IMG/VR virus record: IMGVR_UViG_2806310815_000005
DNA length: 64,000 bases
Source: an uncultured virus (IMG/VR IMGVR_UViG_2806310815_000005)
Lineage: Duplodnaviria; Heunggongvirae; Uroviricota; Caudoviricetes
Reading direction: 5' to 3' (one strand)
Part shown: piece by piece, positions 11,309 through 21,576 of the stretch
Layout: each line of letters opens with the position of its first letter
Numbering within the stretch: the first letter of the stretch is position 1
Translations under genes and position numbers: made by a program
Notes under the pieces: model-generated
Told to the model about the DNA's origin: nothing
The model's input: only the letters and a program-made list of their open reading frames with translations
Database searches by the model: none

Positions 11309-12784
11309 TTAATCTTTTTTAATTCCATTTTCTAATTTAATTTTAAAGTTATATTTCGGTTTTTCTAATTTTATATAGTTAACTACTGCAAATATAGCAA
11401 TATACTCTGGATAATGCTTTATAATATTATCTTTTAACTGTTTTTTATAACTTCTTCTATAATCCATTTTAGGATATCTTTCAAAAGCCATAACAGCAGC
11501 TTCTTCAAATACTACATCACACTTTTCTTCAAAAGATAGTTTATCCCATTTACTTTCATCTAATTCTACCTCTGCGCCATCTTTTAATAATTTTGTAAAT
11601 GCAGGGATTTCTTCTAAAATATAGTGGTACTTATCGTGTTGATCTACATCTTCATTTATATTATTAGTGAAAAAGTCATCCTTACCTTGAGCTAACTCGC
11701 TTCTTCTTATCTTAGGTAATACTTTAGTCCAATACTCTTTTAATTTATTTAAAAGATCTAAATCATAAGTACACCCTTTTTTTAATAAGAATTGAACATC
11801 ATACATTGTTTTTTCCCAATTAAAATCCCAAAACAAATGTGATATTTTTAAAGAAAGCATTTCATTAGGAGATAAAATTACATTTTTACTATGTTTAAAA
11901 AATAAGGGATTTTTAAGCAATTCTACACCTACTATAGGAGATTTACAACTCTTTTCAGTGAAATAATCAATGTCTTTGGGTATTCTAGGAAAATCTGGAT
12001 AATGGTAGCTTATAGCCATAGAACCGCACACTTTTAAAGTACTAGGTTTTTTCTCTATTGACCAACCATACATTGCTTCATAAACTTTTTCGTCAATTTG
12101 ATCTTTCCATTTATCAGCAACCTCTTTTATATGACCCTCTTTAACTTTTTTGTAGGCGTAAAAAGCCTCATTAGAGTCTTGAAAATAACCTAGTTCCACT
12201 ACTTCACCATTTATTTTTGGTCTGCTTCTATACTTTTTACTATGTTTACTTACCCCTACAGGAAGCTTAGATTTTTTAGTGTAATCCCTAAATAACTCAT
12301 TTACCTCTTTCGGTACAAAACAACAAGTCTCAGGGGCGTATATTTTATTACCTTTTAATAAGATGTCTTTATCTAAATGCCATCCCTCAACATAGTTTTT
12401 CTCAAACCACGCCGCAAAATTCTGAAAATTATGCCATTTAGGATGCACCATACAATCTTTATAAGTGGGATGTTTTTCTATAATATTGGTATTATAGCAC
12501 CTATCCATCATAGATTTCCATACTTTATACTCAGTTTTTTGCTTGTTTTTAAGGGAACTGCTATAGATACCTTCTCCAATATAACCTCTATTATGTACAG
12601 ACCTGTGTAATTTACATTTAATTTTACCTCTTACCACTTCTCTGTAGCACACTTTTGAAATAATAAGATTGTGTTCTTCTATTAAAACATCACAATCATA
12701 AAAACTTGTATATTTTATTATTCTTGCTGTGTACCCTTGATTAGTTATATGTATTTCTCCCTCCCTATTTTTAAATTTAGTCAT
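11309..12784 (-). CDS. Fusion of an HNH-like homing endonuclease (N-terminal ~245 aa) and a putative nucleotidyltransferase-fold domain
   Basis: The N-half repeats the motifs of 325-873 (WHLDKDILLKGNKIYAPETCCFVP; KEVADKWKDQID). The C-half begins VCGSMAISYHYPDFPRIPKDIDY (GS...DxD pattern). Confidence 0.6.
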   Translation of the reverse strand: MTKFKNREGEIHITNQGYTARIIKYTSFYDCDVLIEEHNLIISKVCYREVVRGKIKCKLHRSVHNRGYIGEGIYSSSLKNKQKTEYKVWKSMMDRCYNTNIIEKHPTYKDCMVHPKWHNFQNFAAWFEKNYVEGWHLDKDILLKGNKIYAPETCCFVPKEVNELFRDYTKKSKLPVGVSKHSKKYRSRPKINGEVVELGYFQDSNEAFYAYKKVKEGHIKEVADKWKDQIDEKVYEAMYGWSIEKKPSTLKVCGSMAISYHYPDFPRIPKDIDYFTEKSCKSPIVGVELLKNPLFFKHSKNVILSPNEMLSLKISHLFWDFNWEKTMYDVQFLLKKGCTYDLDLLNKLKEYWTKVLPKIRRSELAQGKDDFFTNNINEDVDQHDKYHYILEEIPAFTKLLKDGAEVELDESKWDKLSFEEKCDVVFEEAAVMAFERYPKMDYRRSYKKQLKDNIIKHYPEYIAIFAVVNYIKLEKPKYNFKIKLENGIKKD

Positions 12785-12924
12785 AATTCTTCAACCTGTT
12801 TATTTAATCTTTCTATCTCTTTTAACAGCCTGTTCTTTTTTTCTTTTTCTGTTTCTTCCACACCCTCTTTTCTAAGCACTTTTTGAAGCATTTTTTGCTC
12901 TTGCTTAGTAAAATCAAACCACAT

Positions 12925-13028
12925 TTGACAATTTTTAATAATCCCTGCACAACGCTTGAACTACTGTTCTACGTTAGCGTACATAAGCGATTGCCCTCGC
13001 TTTAATATTGTTATAGATGCTTCAAAAT
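12925..13028 (-). ncRNA. TnpB C-terminal remnant plus omegaRNA-like hairpin (putative IS200/IS605-family right end)
   Basis: Minus strand encodes FEASITILKRGQSLMYANVEQ*, in register with the TnpB tail ENAAKVVRKRG. It overlaps the hairpin TGTAC-GCT-AACGT-A-GAAC-AGTA-GTTC-AA-GCGTT-GTGCA, followed by GTCAA. Confidence 0.45.
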
Positions 13029-13988
13029 TTATTTTCCCGTCTCTTTAAACCTTTTTCTTCTTTTCTCCTTGCCTCCGCAAAACTCATAATAATGGTTTCT
13101 ACAATACCCTTTACTACTGTGTTTTTTATCACAACCTTCTACTGAACATTTTCTTTCTTGTCTTTCAAAAGGAGAGTAGGAATCAAATATTTCCTTTTTT
13201 CTTTTAAGAAATATTGTAGAATCTTCATATAACCAATCTCTGAATTTAATACATTGATTAATACCACAATATCTTAAACTTCTTATCTCATCTTCTTTAT
13301 TGTGTCTATCATCTAGTTTAGTTTTAGAAAAATTTAATTCTTCCATTAATATTTCTTGTAAAGGCAGTAAAAAATTTATCGTGCCTACTATAGAAAACTG
13401 TTTTTGTTTATTTCCTGACACACTCCCATCGCCATCAAAATACCCCCTAATAAAATGCCTTTGTAAGTGTTTTGGTACTTGGTCTTCTGTTGGGAACGTT
13501 AAGGTATGTGTTTTTGCCTTACCACAACCTAATTCAACTAATCTCTCACTTATATGTTTATTGGTTATATCTAAATGGCAAATGTCACTATTCCCATAAC
13601 TAGTTTCATTCTTATAAAGATATAACTTCTTAGAGGGTTGTATAAGATTTTTAATTCTATCCAAAATGTTTCTATCGCTATTTTTTAGTACTATTTTTAC
13701 TGAATTTCTGTCAGTGTTATTATAACCGTCTGCATAAAGTAATCCTAACACATAGGCTTTTTCTTCCGTATCTATTTCATCAAAAAACTCTTCATTTATT
13801 TTGTATTTTCTTTGTAATTCCGATTGAGACTTTGTTTTGTAACCATTTCTTTTTAACATTCTACCTATACTTGCTGAAGTTATAGGGAAAAATTTACACA
13901 ACTCTGTGTAATTATAATTACCTGTTTCATACATTTCAAATAGTTTGTTCTTTTCTTCGTGTGATAATCTTCTCTGTTTTGTTTTCAT
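13029..13988 (-). CDS. LAGLIDADG homing endonuclease (two motifs) with N-terminal HTH and C-terminal Cys/His zinc motif
   Basis: AYVLGLLYADG and HFIRGYFDGDG motifs; C-terminal CSVEGC...GYCRNHY. Confidence 0.85.
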   Translation of the reverse strand: MKTKQRRLSHEEKNKLFEMYETGNYNYTELCKFFPITSASIGRMLKRNGYKTKSQSELQRKYKINEEFFDEIDTEEKAYVLGLLYADGYNNTDRNSVKIVLKNSDRNILDRIKNLIQPSKKLYLYKNETSYGNSDICHLDITNKHISERLVELGCGKAKTHTLTFPTEDQVPKHLQRHFIRGYFDGDGSVSGNKQKQFSIVGTINFLLPLQEILMEELNFSKTKLDDRHNKEDEIRSLRYCGINQCIKFRDWLYEDSTIFLKRKKEIFDSYSPFERQERKCSVEGCDKKHSSKGYCRNHYYEFCGGKEKRRKRFKETGK

Positions 13989-14018
13989 TATATGTAGCTT
14001 TTACTATTATGTTTATAG

Positions 14019-15095
14019 CTACTTCAACAACCGTGCCACACCTCTTTTCCTAACTACTTTGGCAGCATTTTCATCTGCATTACCACTATGAGAGCATTTC
14101 ACACATTTAAACGTCTCTTGGTTTGGTCTGTTTTCTTTTGATATATGTCCACAATTGTTACATTCTTGTGAGCTGTACTTAGCATCTACTTTTGTTACAT
14201 TTGTTTTATATTCTAAATAGCTTGAAAATTTACTCCAACTAACATCTGATATTGATTTTGAATAGTTTTTATTTTGTATCATTTTAGAAACTTTCAAATC
14301 TTCTAAAAATATGTATTGATAATTACTAGCCAAATCATTTGAAATCTTGTGTAAATAGTCTTCTCTAACTCTTTGTATTTTCAAATATAGCTTTTTAATT
14401 CTCTCCACTTGTTTATACCAATTGTTAGAACCTTTCTTTTTACGTGATAAAGATCTTTGTGCAACTCTTAGTTTCTTTTTAAATTTCTTAGCTGTATTTA
14501 TGTTTTCAAAATATTGCCCATCAGATGTTACTAAAAAATGTTTTATACCTAAATCACAACCTATTTTTGCTTGATTCTCGCATTTTGGTCTTTCATAGTC
14601 TGTAACAATTTGTAAGTACCATCCATCTGCTTTTTTAACTACTCTCGTTAATTTTATGTTTCCATTTACTTCCCTGCTTTTAAATATTTTTATTAATCCT
14701 ATTTTAGGCAATTTAAACTTATTCTTTTCAAATCTTAATATATTACTATTTTGTTTAAATTCTATACTTTTCCATTTTCTTTTAGATGCCCAATGTGGTT
14801 TTGATACCTTAACTCCTCTTTTTAAATCTTTAAAAAACTTATCATAACCTTTGTAAAGCCTCTCTATAACTCCTTGAAGCGTTTGTGCATTTACATTTGA
14901 AATCCATTTACACTCTTTTTTAAGTTCAGGTAGCTGTTTTGACAAATCATACTTACTTAACTTTACACCTTTAGAATAAGCTATTTCTTTTACTTCTTTG
15001 GCTAGATTATATATACATCGAGTTGTATTCAGATGCTCTATGAATATATTTTCTAAAGTTTTAGTAGTCTTTATTTTAAAGGTGTATGTTATCAA
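14019..15095 (-). mobile_element. tnpB: TnpB RNA-guided endonuclease (IS200/IS605/IS607 family); no tnpA seen
   Basis: N-terminal RCIYN HTH; RuvC residues GCDLG, FLEDL and NADENAA; zinc finger SQECNNCGH...FKCVKC. Confidence 0.9.
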
Positions 15096-15110
15096 TTTTA
15101 ATTCTTAATA

Positions 15111-16400
15111 TTAAACATGTTTGACTAATTCATCATAATAAAGATTAAACAGATGATTTTGAAACTCTCTTGTCTTATCATCAAAACCACTTTTATTATG
15201 CTCGTTCTCTTCTATAATTATCTTAGCTATTTCATCTACTGAATACACATCTAGTTTTACACTTAAAAGTATTTGATTATCTTCTGCCATACCCAACGTA
15301 GTGTCTTTTGCAAACTTAACATACTTAATTTTTGGGCTTTCTAGTCTATAATTATAATCGGTATTTAGTAACCTACCCATAGCATCTATAACCTTGTCTT
15401 GAAGCATCTTTGAAGGATTCTCAACCTCTTTATAAACTTCTCCTTGATTAGATACGACCCCTAATATATCCATATTACTAAACTGAGATCTTAATTGTTT
15501 TAAAAACTCAAAAGGTAATTGTAAACGACCTTCTAGCTCATCTTTGTCGAATAAGTCAACTTGCTCTAATCCCGCAAATGATAACTCTTTTACAGCTTCA
15601 CCCCAACTAGCAGAAAATCTAGTATGAGAACCCCAAATTATAGTATGTTCATATAAACCTGTATTACCACCTTGTATAGTGTACAACAGTTCTTTTATTA
15701 CTTCAGGGTCATTACAACGTTTCCATAATTGTCCTATTGAATATTTAGCATCCCAAGTGTCAGATAAAACTCTAGATTCGTTAATTTTAAATTCGGGGCT
15801 GTTATAAGTGTACGCTGATTTATTTTTAGCATTGTGGTGACATAAAATACCCTTTCTAAATAATCTTTCTTCTCTATCTGAGTTAGGATAAACAGACCCG
15901 TGATTATTAGAAAATATCACGTCAGGTCTTTTAGCGCAGAAGTAATTAAAAATATTCTTATAGAATTTTTCAACATCACTATTATACTCTATGAAATAAG
16001 AAGTATAGCCCAACTCCCCCGTAGTTTTTTCTGTAACCTCTAGTACAGCATCTTCATCCTCATCCAAAGCATTTGAATAAATCTCACGTATATAAGAAAA
16101 ACTGTCATCCCAATCATTACCGCCCATTGAAGTGGTCAATGAAGTATCAACACCATTTACTTGTATAACTTTGAAGCTTTGATTTCTAAAGTTACTGTCT
16201 TTAGTGGTAAACTTAATCTCATCTTCCCCACTAAATACTTTAAAAGGTATATTATTTTTCATAAGTGCTGCTAAGGAGTATTTCGCTCCCGACCCAAAAA
16301 ATCCGATTTTACTTGAATCTCCTTTTTTTGTTGAAGCTCCTAATAAAGTGAAAGCTTCTACTTGAATGCAACCTTTTGATTTAATTTTTAAGTATCTCAT
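15111..16400 (-). CDS. GHKL-like ATPase domain protein
   Basis: LGASTK...IGFFGSGAKYS and REIYSNALD motifs; C-terminal EENEH...GFDDKTREFQ. Confidence 0.6.
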   Translation of the reverse strand: MRYLKIKSKGCIQVEAFTLLGASTKKGDSSKIGFFGSGAKYSLAALMKNNIPFKVFSGEDEIKFTTKDSNFRNQSFKVIQVNGVDTSLTTSMGGNDWDDSFSYIREIYSNALDEDEDAVLEVTEKTTGELGYTSYFIEYNSDVEKFYKNIFNYFCAKRPDVIFSNNHGSVYPNSDREERLFRKGILCHHNAKNKSAYTYNSPEFKINESRVLSDTWDAKYSIGQLWKRCNDPEVIKELLYTIQGGNTGLYEHTIIWGSHTRFSASWGEAVKELSFAGLEQVDLFDKDELEGRLQLPFEFLKQLRSQFSNMDILGVVSNQGEVYKEVENPSKMLQDKVIDAMGRLLNTDYNYRLESPKIKYVKFAKDTTLGMAEDNQILLSVKLDVYSVDEIAKIIIEENEHNKSGFDDKTREFQNHLFNLYYDELVKHV

Positions 16401-17210
16401 TTCTTATGTTTTTTGTTAATACAAATATACTGTGATTTAGTCTTCTGTGAAAGTATTTAACTTGTTTTTAACTTTTACTGTTTTAAAGACTCGTCAAAAA
16501 CTTTAAAAGCCCAATGAGACAATTGTGTGTTATCATTTTCTCCGAAATAGTTTCTTAGGATTTTTATTTGCCAATCTTGTAACTCAACATTATATTTTTC
16601 TTTAGTGGTTTTTATATTAACCGTGTTATCGGGATTTACTTTTAATTGTTTTTTAAAATAGCCACGATTAGAATGTATCCCTACAGGTTCAATGTACTCT
16701 TCTTCGTATTCGACTAATACATCTTCAATTATATTACCTTTATTATACTCTTCTACATAGTATTCTATCCATTCTTCTGTTGGTTTTGGTTTATATTTTA
16801 TCCAAGGCGATTTATCAACAGTAAATTCAGGGTAATACCTTTCTACTTCCAATTCATCTGTTGTTGCGACTATTTTCTTACTACCTAAAGATGTTTCTTT
16901 TATGACAGCCTCTTCACTTGTTATCTTAAAAGGTCTTTTAGTATCTTTAGTTAAAACCCAATTTCCCTCCTTAATCTTTTCATCTGTTATTAGGTAAATA
17001 TCGTATCTAACTTCGTCTTCAGGGTCATTGAAATTAGCTTGATTATAATACAGCTTTCTTCCTTTGTGTGACCATAACTGACCGTCTTTACTTTCTAGTA
17101 GTATTACTTTTGCTTTTGTGTTCATTGTCATAATTTTCTTTTAACTCTGTCAATTTCATTTGTAAAGTATTGGTTTTACTGGTTTTTTGAGGTATTGTGT
17201 ATAAGTATAG

Positions 17211-17594
17211 TTATGTGGCATTAAAAGTCACCACTTCTATCACGTTCTGAAACTGCTTGAACTTCTGCAATCATATCAGTCCATCTTTTTTCAGCTTTAT
17301 CACATATACAGCAAATCACATATTTTCTACCGCAATATTCACAATTAGATAAATCACCAGATAAATTCTTTTTTACCTTGTCTGTTTTCCATTGTAATTC
17401 CATAACTTTATTGTATGTTTCAATATCTAATTGTAAACATTCTTCCTTTGTCAAAATTCTGCTCATAATAATTAACGCCACATAACACTGTATATAAGGC
17501 ATTGCCTCTGTGGTCTTTTTTAAAGTTTATACTAATTTTAATCTTTCATTCATTCTATTAAGGTTCGTGAGGGCAACGCCTCATATACTAAACG
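17211..17594 (+). mobile_element. Solitary integron-like gene cassette
   Basis: Starts at G|TTATGTGGC (17210-17219) and ends in an attC-like site whose left core GCCACATAAC (17477-17486) is the exact reverse complement. It contains one antisense ORF. Confidence 0.8.
17221..17502 (-). CDS. Cassette ORF, small Cys-rich (CxxC...CCxC) protein; probable start ATG 17466
   Basis: ORF track. The upstream extension lies inside the attC arm, so MSRILTKEE... is the more plausible start. Confidence 0.55.
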   Translation of the reverse strand: MPYIQCYVALIIMSRILTKEECLQLDIETYNKVMELQWKTDKVKKNLSGDLSNCEYCGRKYVICCICDKAEKRWTDMIAEVQAVSERDRSGDF

Positions 17595-17600
17595 TTACAC
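17477..17600 (+). repeat. attC-like recombination site
   Basis: ACATAAC-act-GTATATAAGGCATTGCC ... GGCAACGCCTCATATAC-taaac-GTTACAC. Confidence 0.8.
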
Positions 17601-17810
17601 TGCAAATATACGTACTATTAGTTTGTTTGTAAAGTAGTTTAAGAAATGTTTAACGTTTAGGTTTATATTTGTGGTGATTTAATATATTTATATGCGGATT
17701 TTCCTCTAACCATTTAATAAAGTCAAAGTTTAAGTATATTGGTTTTTTATGTTTTAATTTTCTCTTTTTCATTTTTCGTTACCAACTATAAGGCTTAGAG
17801 CTAGGCTCAG

Positions 17811-18719
17811 TTAAAGCCTTAACCTCCCTTCCATCTGTTTACTATTCCACGGCAATACTACCTCCCCCTCATCATAATAGAAGTCTCTATCTAACCAAAT
17901 TACTTCTGGCGCGATTTCTTCACAAATTCTACCGTTGTGATAAGTTAGATTGTTATAGTCATCTATTATCTTGGCTTTTATTTGTAAGTATTGTTTGTAG
18001 GTGTAGTATTGATTGTGTATTGGTCTAAATCTGCGGCGAGTTTTTATTTTCCCCATTTCCTCTAATTTATCCTTTAATCTCTTCCCGCGTTGTTTTCTTG
18101 CTGTTTGATTTTCGCAGCCGTCATCATATACATATTTTGCAAATGCTTTATTTGATAAAATAGTGTTTTTACACCATTGTGGGTTGTTAGGATATAACTT
18201 ACCCTCTTCGATAGCTCGGTCTATTTGTCTTCTTAATTTTTTAGACACCTTACCATCTTCCCTTGCGAGAAGCCTTATTCCTTTGAGCAGTGTTCCTTTT
18301 TTATCAATTGCTCTTTGCTGATCTTGTATTTGGGAGCATATAATAACAGACATCGCCATATATTTTGTGTCTGTTATCTTAGTACATAATTCAATAGGTA
18401 CTTTTTTATTGTTTTTATTGTTAAATCTAAACGCTAATGTTTTTGAACCGACCAAGAAAAAACCGCCATCAGAAGTAAATCTACCTAAATCTAAATATAT
18501 TAGATCAGATATATACTTTCTAAGGGCGGTCTGCGATATTCCCGTCTTTTCTTGTAGTAATTTGTAGCCTTTTAAGCCGTTTTTAGGCGCAATGTAGTGA
18601 TTACCCTCTCTAGCTTTTAAAAGGTGCGCATAAACAGCAATAGACCCATAGCAATCCACTTCACTATTCTGATGAATGTGAAAGAAAACTTTTGAGTCTA
18701 TCCAAGATATATTACGCAT
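17811..18719 (-). CDS. Hypothetical basic protein with winged-HTH-like segment
   Basis: GYKLLQEKTGISQTALRKYISDLIYLDL HTH pattern; preceded by a structured leader. Confidence 0.45.
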   Translation of the reverse strand: MRNISWIDSKVFFHIHQNSEVDCYGSIAVYAHLLKAREGNHYIAPKNGLKGYKLLQEKTGISQTALRKYISDLIYLDLGRFTSDGGFFLVGSKTLAFRFNNKNNKKVPIELCTKITDTKYMAMSVIICSQIQDQQRAIDKKGTLLKGIRLLAREDGKVSKKLRRQIDRAIEEGKLYPNNPQWCKNTILSNKAFAKYVYDDGCENQTARKQRGKRLKDKLEEMGKIKTRRRFRPIHNQYYTYKQYLQIKAKIIDDYNNLTYHNGRICEEIAPEVIWLDRDFYYDEGEVVLPWNSKQMEGRLRL

Positions 18720-18731
18720 TTCTACAAATAA

Positions 18732-18848
18732 GAAACGCCCCCTTTAATAATAGCTGTCAGGCTTATCACACAGAAGGAGGCAGTTTCGTTATTTGCTTAT
18801 ATTTATTTTACTGTTATGATAAACGGTAGCCTGACAAGTGCAAATATA
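18732..18848 (-). promoter_or_regulatory. Promoter plus attenuator-like structured 5' leader (copy 1)
   Basis: TATATTTGC box (18840-18848). Helices tgtcaggct 18755-18763 / agcctgaca 18828-18836 and gaaacgcccccttt 18732-18745 / aaggaggcagtttc 18774-18787. Confidence 0.5.
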
Positions 18849-19930
18849 TAACAAACTTTCCAAACTACCAAACACCTTAAATATTTTTTAATGAAAATAC
18901 ACTAAACTCCATATCTTACAATACAAATAATAACAGGTGCTAATATTAATAGTGCTGTTAAAGTTTGTAGTACCTTTTTTACTACTTTATACCTCATACC
19001 TTACTGATTATTATACTCTACCCACTCTTTATTTATATCTATTTTATATTTTTCCACTAAGTACTCAAATAGTCCTTCTTTGTTTACCTCTTTCCCTGAA
19101 CAATACGGGCAATATTTAGGTTGAATATTAGTATCATCTATAATTTCACCATCTTTCCAATAAGGATTCCCTTCACTATCGTAAAAATCTTCTTTTTGCA
19201 TATAAAGTTCTTCACACAACTGATCTATTTTACTCTCGTCAAATTTAGTTCCGTAATCGTATGCAAATTTACTATTTACGTCATCATTAACCAAACAGTC
19301 TGTACATAAACTAGTACCACATCTAAAACAGCTATCTACATACTCTGAATATTTTGATTCGCCGCAAGAATTACAACTATAAAAATCTACTCCCATTATC
19401 TCTTAATTTTATAAGTTACTGTCTTTACCTCTTCCATTTCAAAAAACTTTAAGTAGTGATCTGCATCCTCCCACATCATAGTCTCAGAAAATAAATCGCC
19501 AACAAAACGGACTCCAATAATCTTATCAAAACCTTTTAATTGAAATACATCTATTGCTGTTTCGTACCACCTACGTTTATCAACATCTAAATAGGATGCT
19601 AAGTCTTTTTTATCTACAAAAAACAATTTGATAAAATTTTTCATTCTTTTTTATTTTTTAATTATTTCTCTTCTACAAATATACAACTTTCTCTAATTAT
19701 TACCAAAGACTTTAACAGTTTTTAACTATTTAAAAGTTTATATTGGATGTCTTCTAATCTGTTTATTAAATCTCTCTGTTCTCTTGATAAAGATTTTATT
19801 TTATCTTTTTGCCCGCTTCTTTCAGCGTCAGATGCTCTCATCATAACTTCTCCTGTTTCTATTATACCTAATCTACAAGCGATACAAATATATAGATCTT
19901 TTTTCTCTTGTTGTGTTAATTCGAATGTCA

Positions 19931-20680
19931 TTATTTAAATATTTTTAAGTAAGTTTTGTACAAACTACTAATTTCTTTGATTGTATTTTTTACTAACTTT
20001 TCTGTTTCTTTTAGTCTTTTTTCGTCCCAACTATAAGGTTCATACCATATCTTTTTGCCTACTGTTAGAGCTTCTCTCCCGCCGCCTTGCATACACTGAT
20101 AACCACCTAATCTTTCAATAATACAATACTCGGCTTCTTTTACAATCAAACCTTTCTGTTTTAATCCCCAAATATAGATTTCAATTTGATGTTTTTCAGG
20201 TTTATGTAAATCTTTCTTACTGCTTTCAGATTTGGTTTTATAATCTCTTAGCAGAAGAACGGTTTTATCAATTGGCGGCGTAGAATCATCCAAATAACCT
20301 AAAACAACTACGTCTAAATCTTCTAAGTAAATTAAAATTTCTTCTTGATAAACTCCTAACGGTTTTACTTTATCTAAAGTTTCTAATTCTTCTTTAGTGA
20401 AATTTTCTTTACCTTTCTTTTCAGTTACATAATCCTCGACCTCTGTACCAAAGGTCGCCCATCCTAAATCAGGGTACTTTTCACCTAAAAAGTATTTTCT
20501 CATATACTCAAACTTACCTAACAGACCTGTGTTAAATCCACTTTTACTGTTAAAGGTTTCTATTTGAGACCAAGAGACACAATATTTACCTATGTATTTT
20601 TTATGTTCTGGATTTTCTCCTCCTTTTCTCCAAAGGAAGTCTGTATATTTTTTAGGTAATTCTATTTTTAGTTTTGGCAT
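19931..20680 (-). CDS. PD-(D/E)XK nuclease superfamily exonuclease
   Basis: VSWSQIETF...FGTEVE...GYLD...RDYKT...QIEIY motifs. Confidence 0.7.
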   Translation of the reverse strand: MPKLKIELPKKYTDFLWRKGGENPEHKKYIGKYCVSWSQIETFNSKSGFNTGLLGKFEYMRKYFLGEKYPDLGWATFGTEVEDYVTEKKGKENFTKEELETLDKVKPLGVYQEEILIYLEDLDVVVLGYLDDSTPPIDKTVLLLRDYKTKSESSKKDLHKPEKHQIEIYIWGLKQKGLIVKEAEYCIIERLGGYQCMQGGGREALTVGKKIWYEPYSWDEKRLKETEKLVKNTIKEISSLYKTYLKIFK

Positions 20681-21576
20681 TATAACTCTTTTACAAAATT
20701 AGTAATTTCTTCTTCCTTTTTCTGTTTAACAGCTTTTTTATCTCCTTTTTGTTGATAAACTGACAACAGTAAACTTTCTATGTTATTCTTATCGTTTTTC
20801 GATAATTTTTTCTTGCCTATTAACTCTTTAATTTCTTCTTGAATCTCAGTTGTAAAATTACCTAAAGACATAAGTTTTTGTAATAAAGGCTTTTCTTCTA
20901 CTTCAACATCTTCATCTAAAACTTTAACAGTGACTTCCGATGCAAATATCTTATCTTCTCCTGTAAAGCTATAATAAACGTTTACAAGGGTTTTTATATA
21001 ATCTACCTCGCTGTCATCTAACTCTTGTGTTTTACCTGCTAAAAACGCTTTATATACGTCTTCTCCTTCTATAATGTTGTGATCGATACCTAAGTTGTAA
21101 GCGTGTTCCAATAACGTGGATTTAAACCATCCAATTCCTTGAACATACTCAGAAACACTAATGGTTTGTTTTAAATTCCAGGGGCGCATACCAAGATGAT
21201 TGAGCGATGGTGGTAATATACTCATACTTAGATTATTTGCTGCCATTCGAGTAGTAACAAAAGGTAAAGTAAAGGCTGCATTCCAAGTAGCAACAGAATA
21301 AGAACTACTGTTGTTTAAAATGTTCAATAGTTCCGTTAAAACCGATTCTTCTGTTCCTTTTAAAATTTGTACTCTTAACATACCGTTATTTACAAAACCT
21401 AAAGTTACTGAGTGTATTTTCCCAAACAAAGGATTTGCCGCCGACTCAGATAAAAAAACAGATTCTAAATCTTGAAGGTCTTTGTAATCTTCATACTTAT
21501 TCTTATACATTTCTAACAACTCTTCTGTTGGTTGCTTTGGTAATGTAAGTAATTTTAAAAATATTGTCTCTTTCAT
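20680..21576 (-). CDS. PolB-type 3'-5' exonuclease-like protein, possibly inactive
   Basis: NPLFGKIHSVTLG, EESVL..L, WNAAFTLPFV..R, RPW. The canonical acidic catalytic residues are not evident. Confidence 0.5.
   Translation of the reverse strand: MKETIFLKLLTLPKQPTEELLEMYKNKYEDYKDLQDLESVFLSESAANPLFGKIHSVTLGFVNNGMLRVQILKGTEESVLTELLNILNNSSSYSVATWNAAFTLPFVTTRMAANNLSMSILPPSLNHLGMRPWNLKQTISVSEYVQGIGWFKSTLLEHAYNLGIDHNIIEGEDVYKAFLAGKTQELDDSEVDYIKTLVNVYYSFTGEDKIFASEVTVKVLDEDVEVEEKPLLQKLMSLGNFTTEIQEEIKELIGKKKLSKNDKNNIESLLLSVYQQKGDKKAVKQKKEEEITNFVKEL

Noticed and set aside
13029..13988. Group I intron or intein hosting the LAGLIDADG ORF
   Set aside because: No interrupted host gene, intein splice residues or recognisable intron core could be seen in the short flanks.
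19931..20680. Cas4 or CRISPR adaptation gene
   Set aside because: It is a PD-(D/E)XK nuclease without the four-Cys Fe-S pattern and there is no CRISPR context; typical phage exonuclease.
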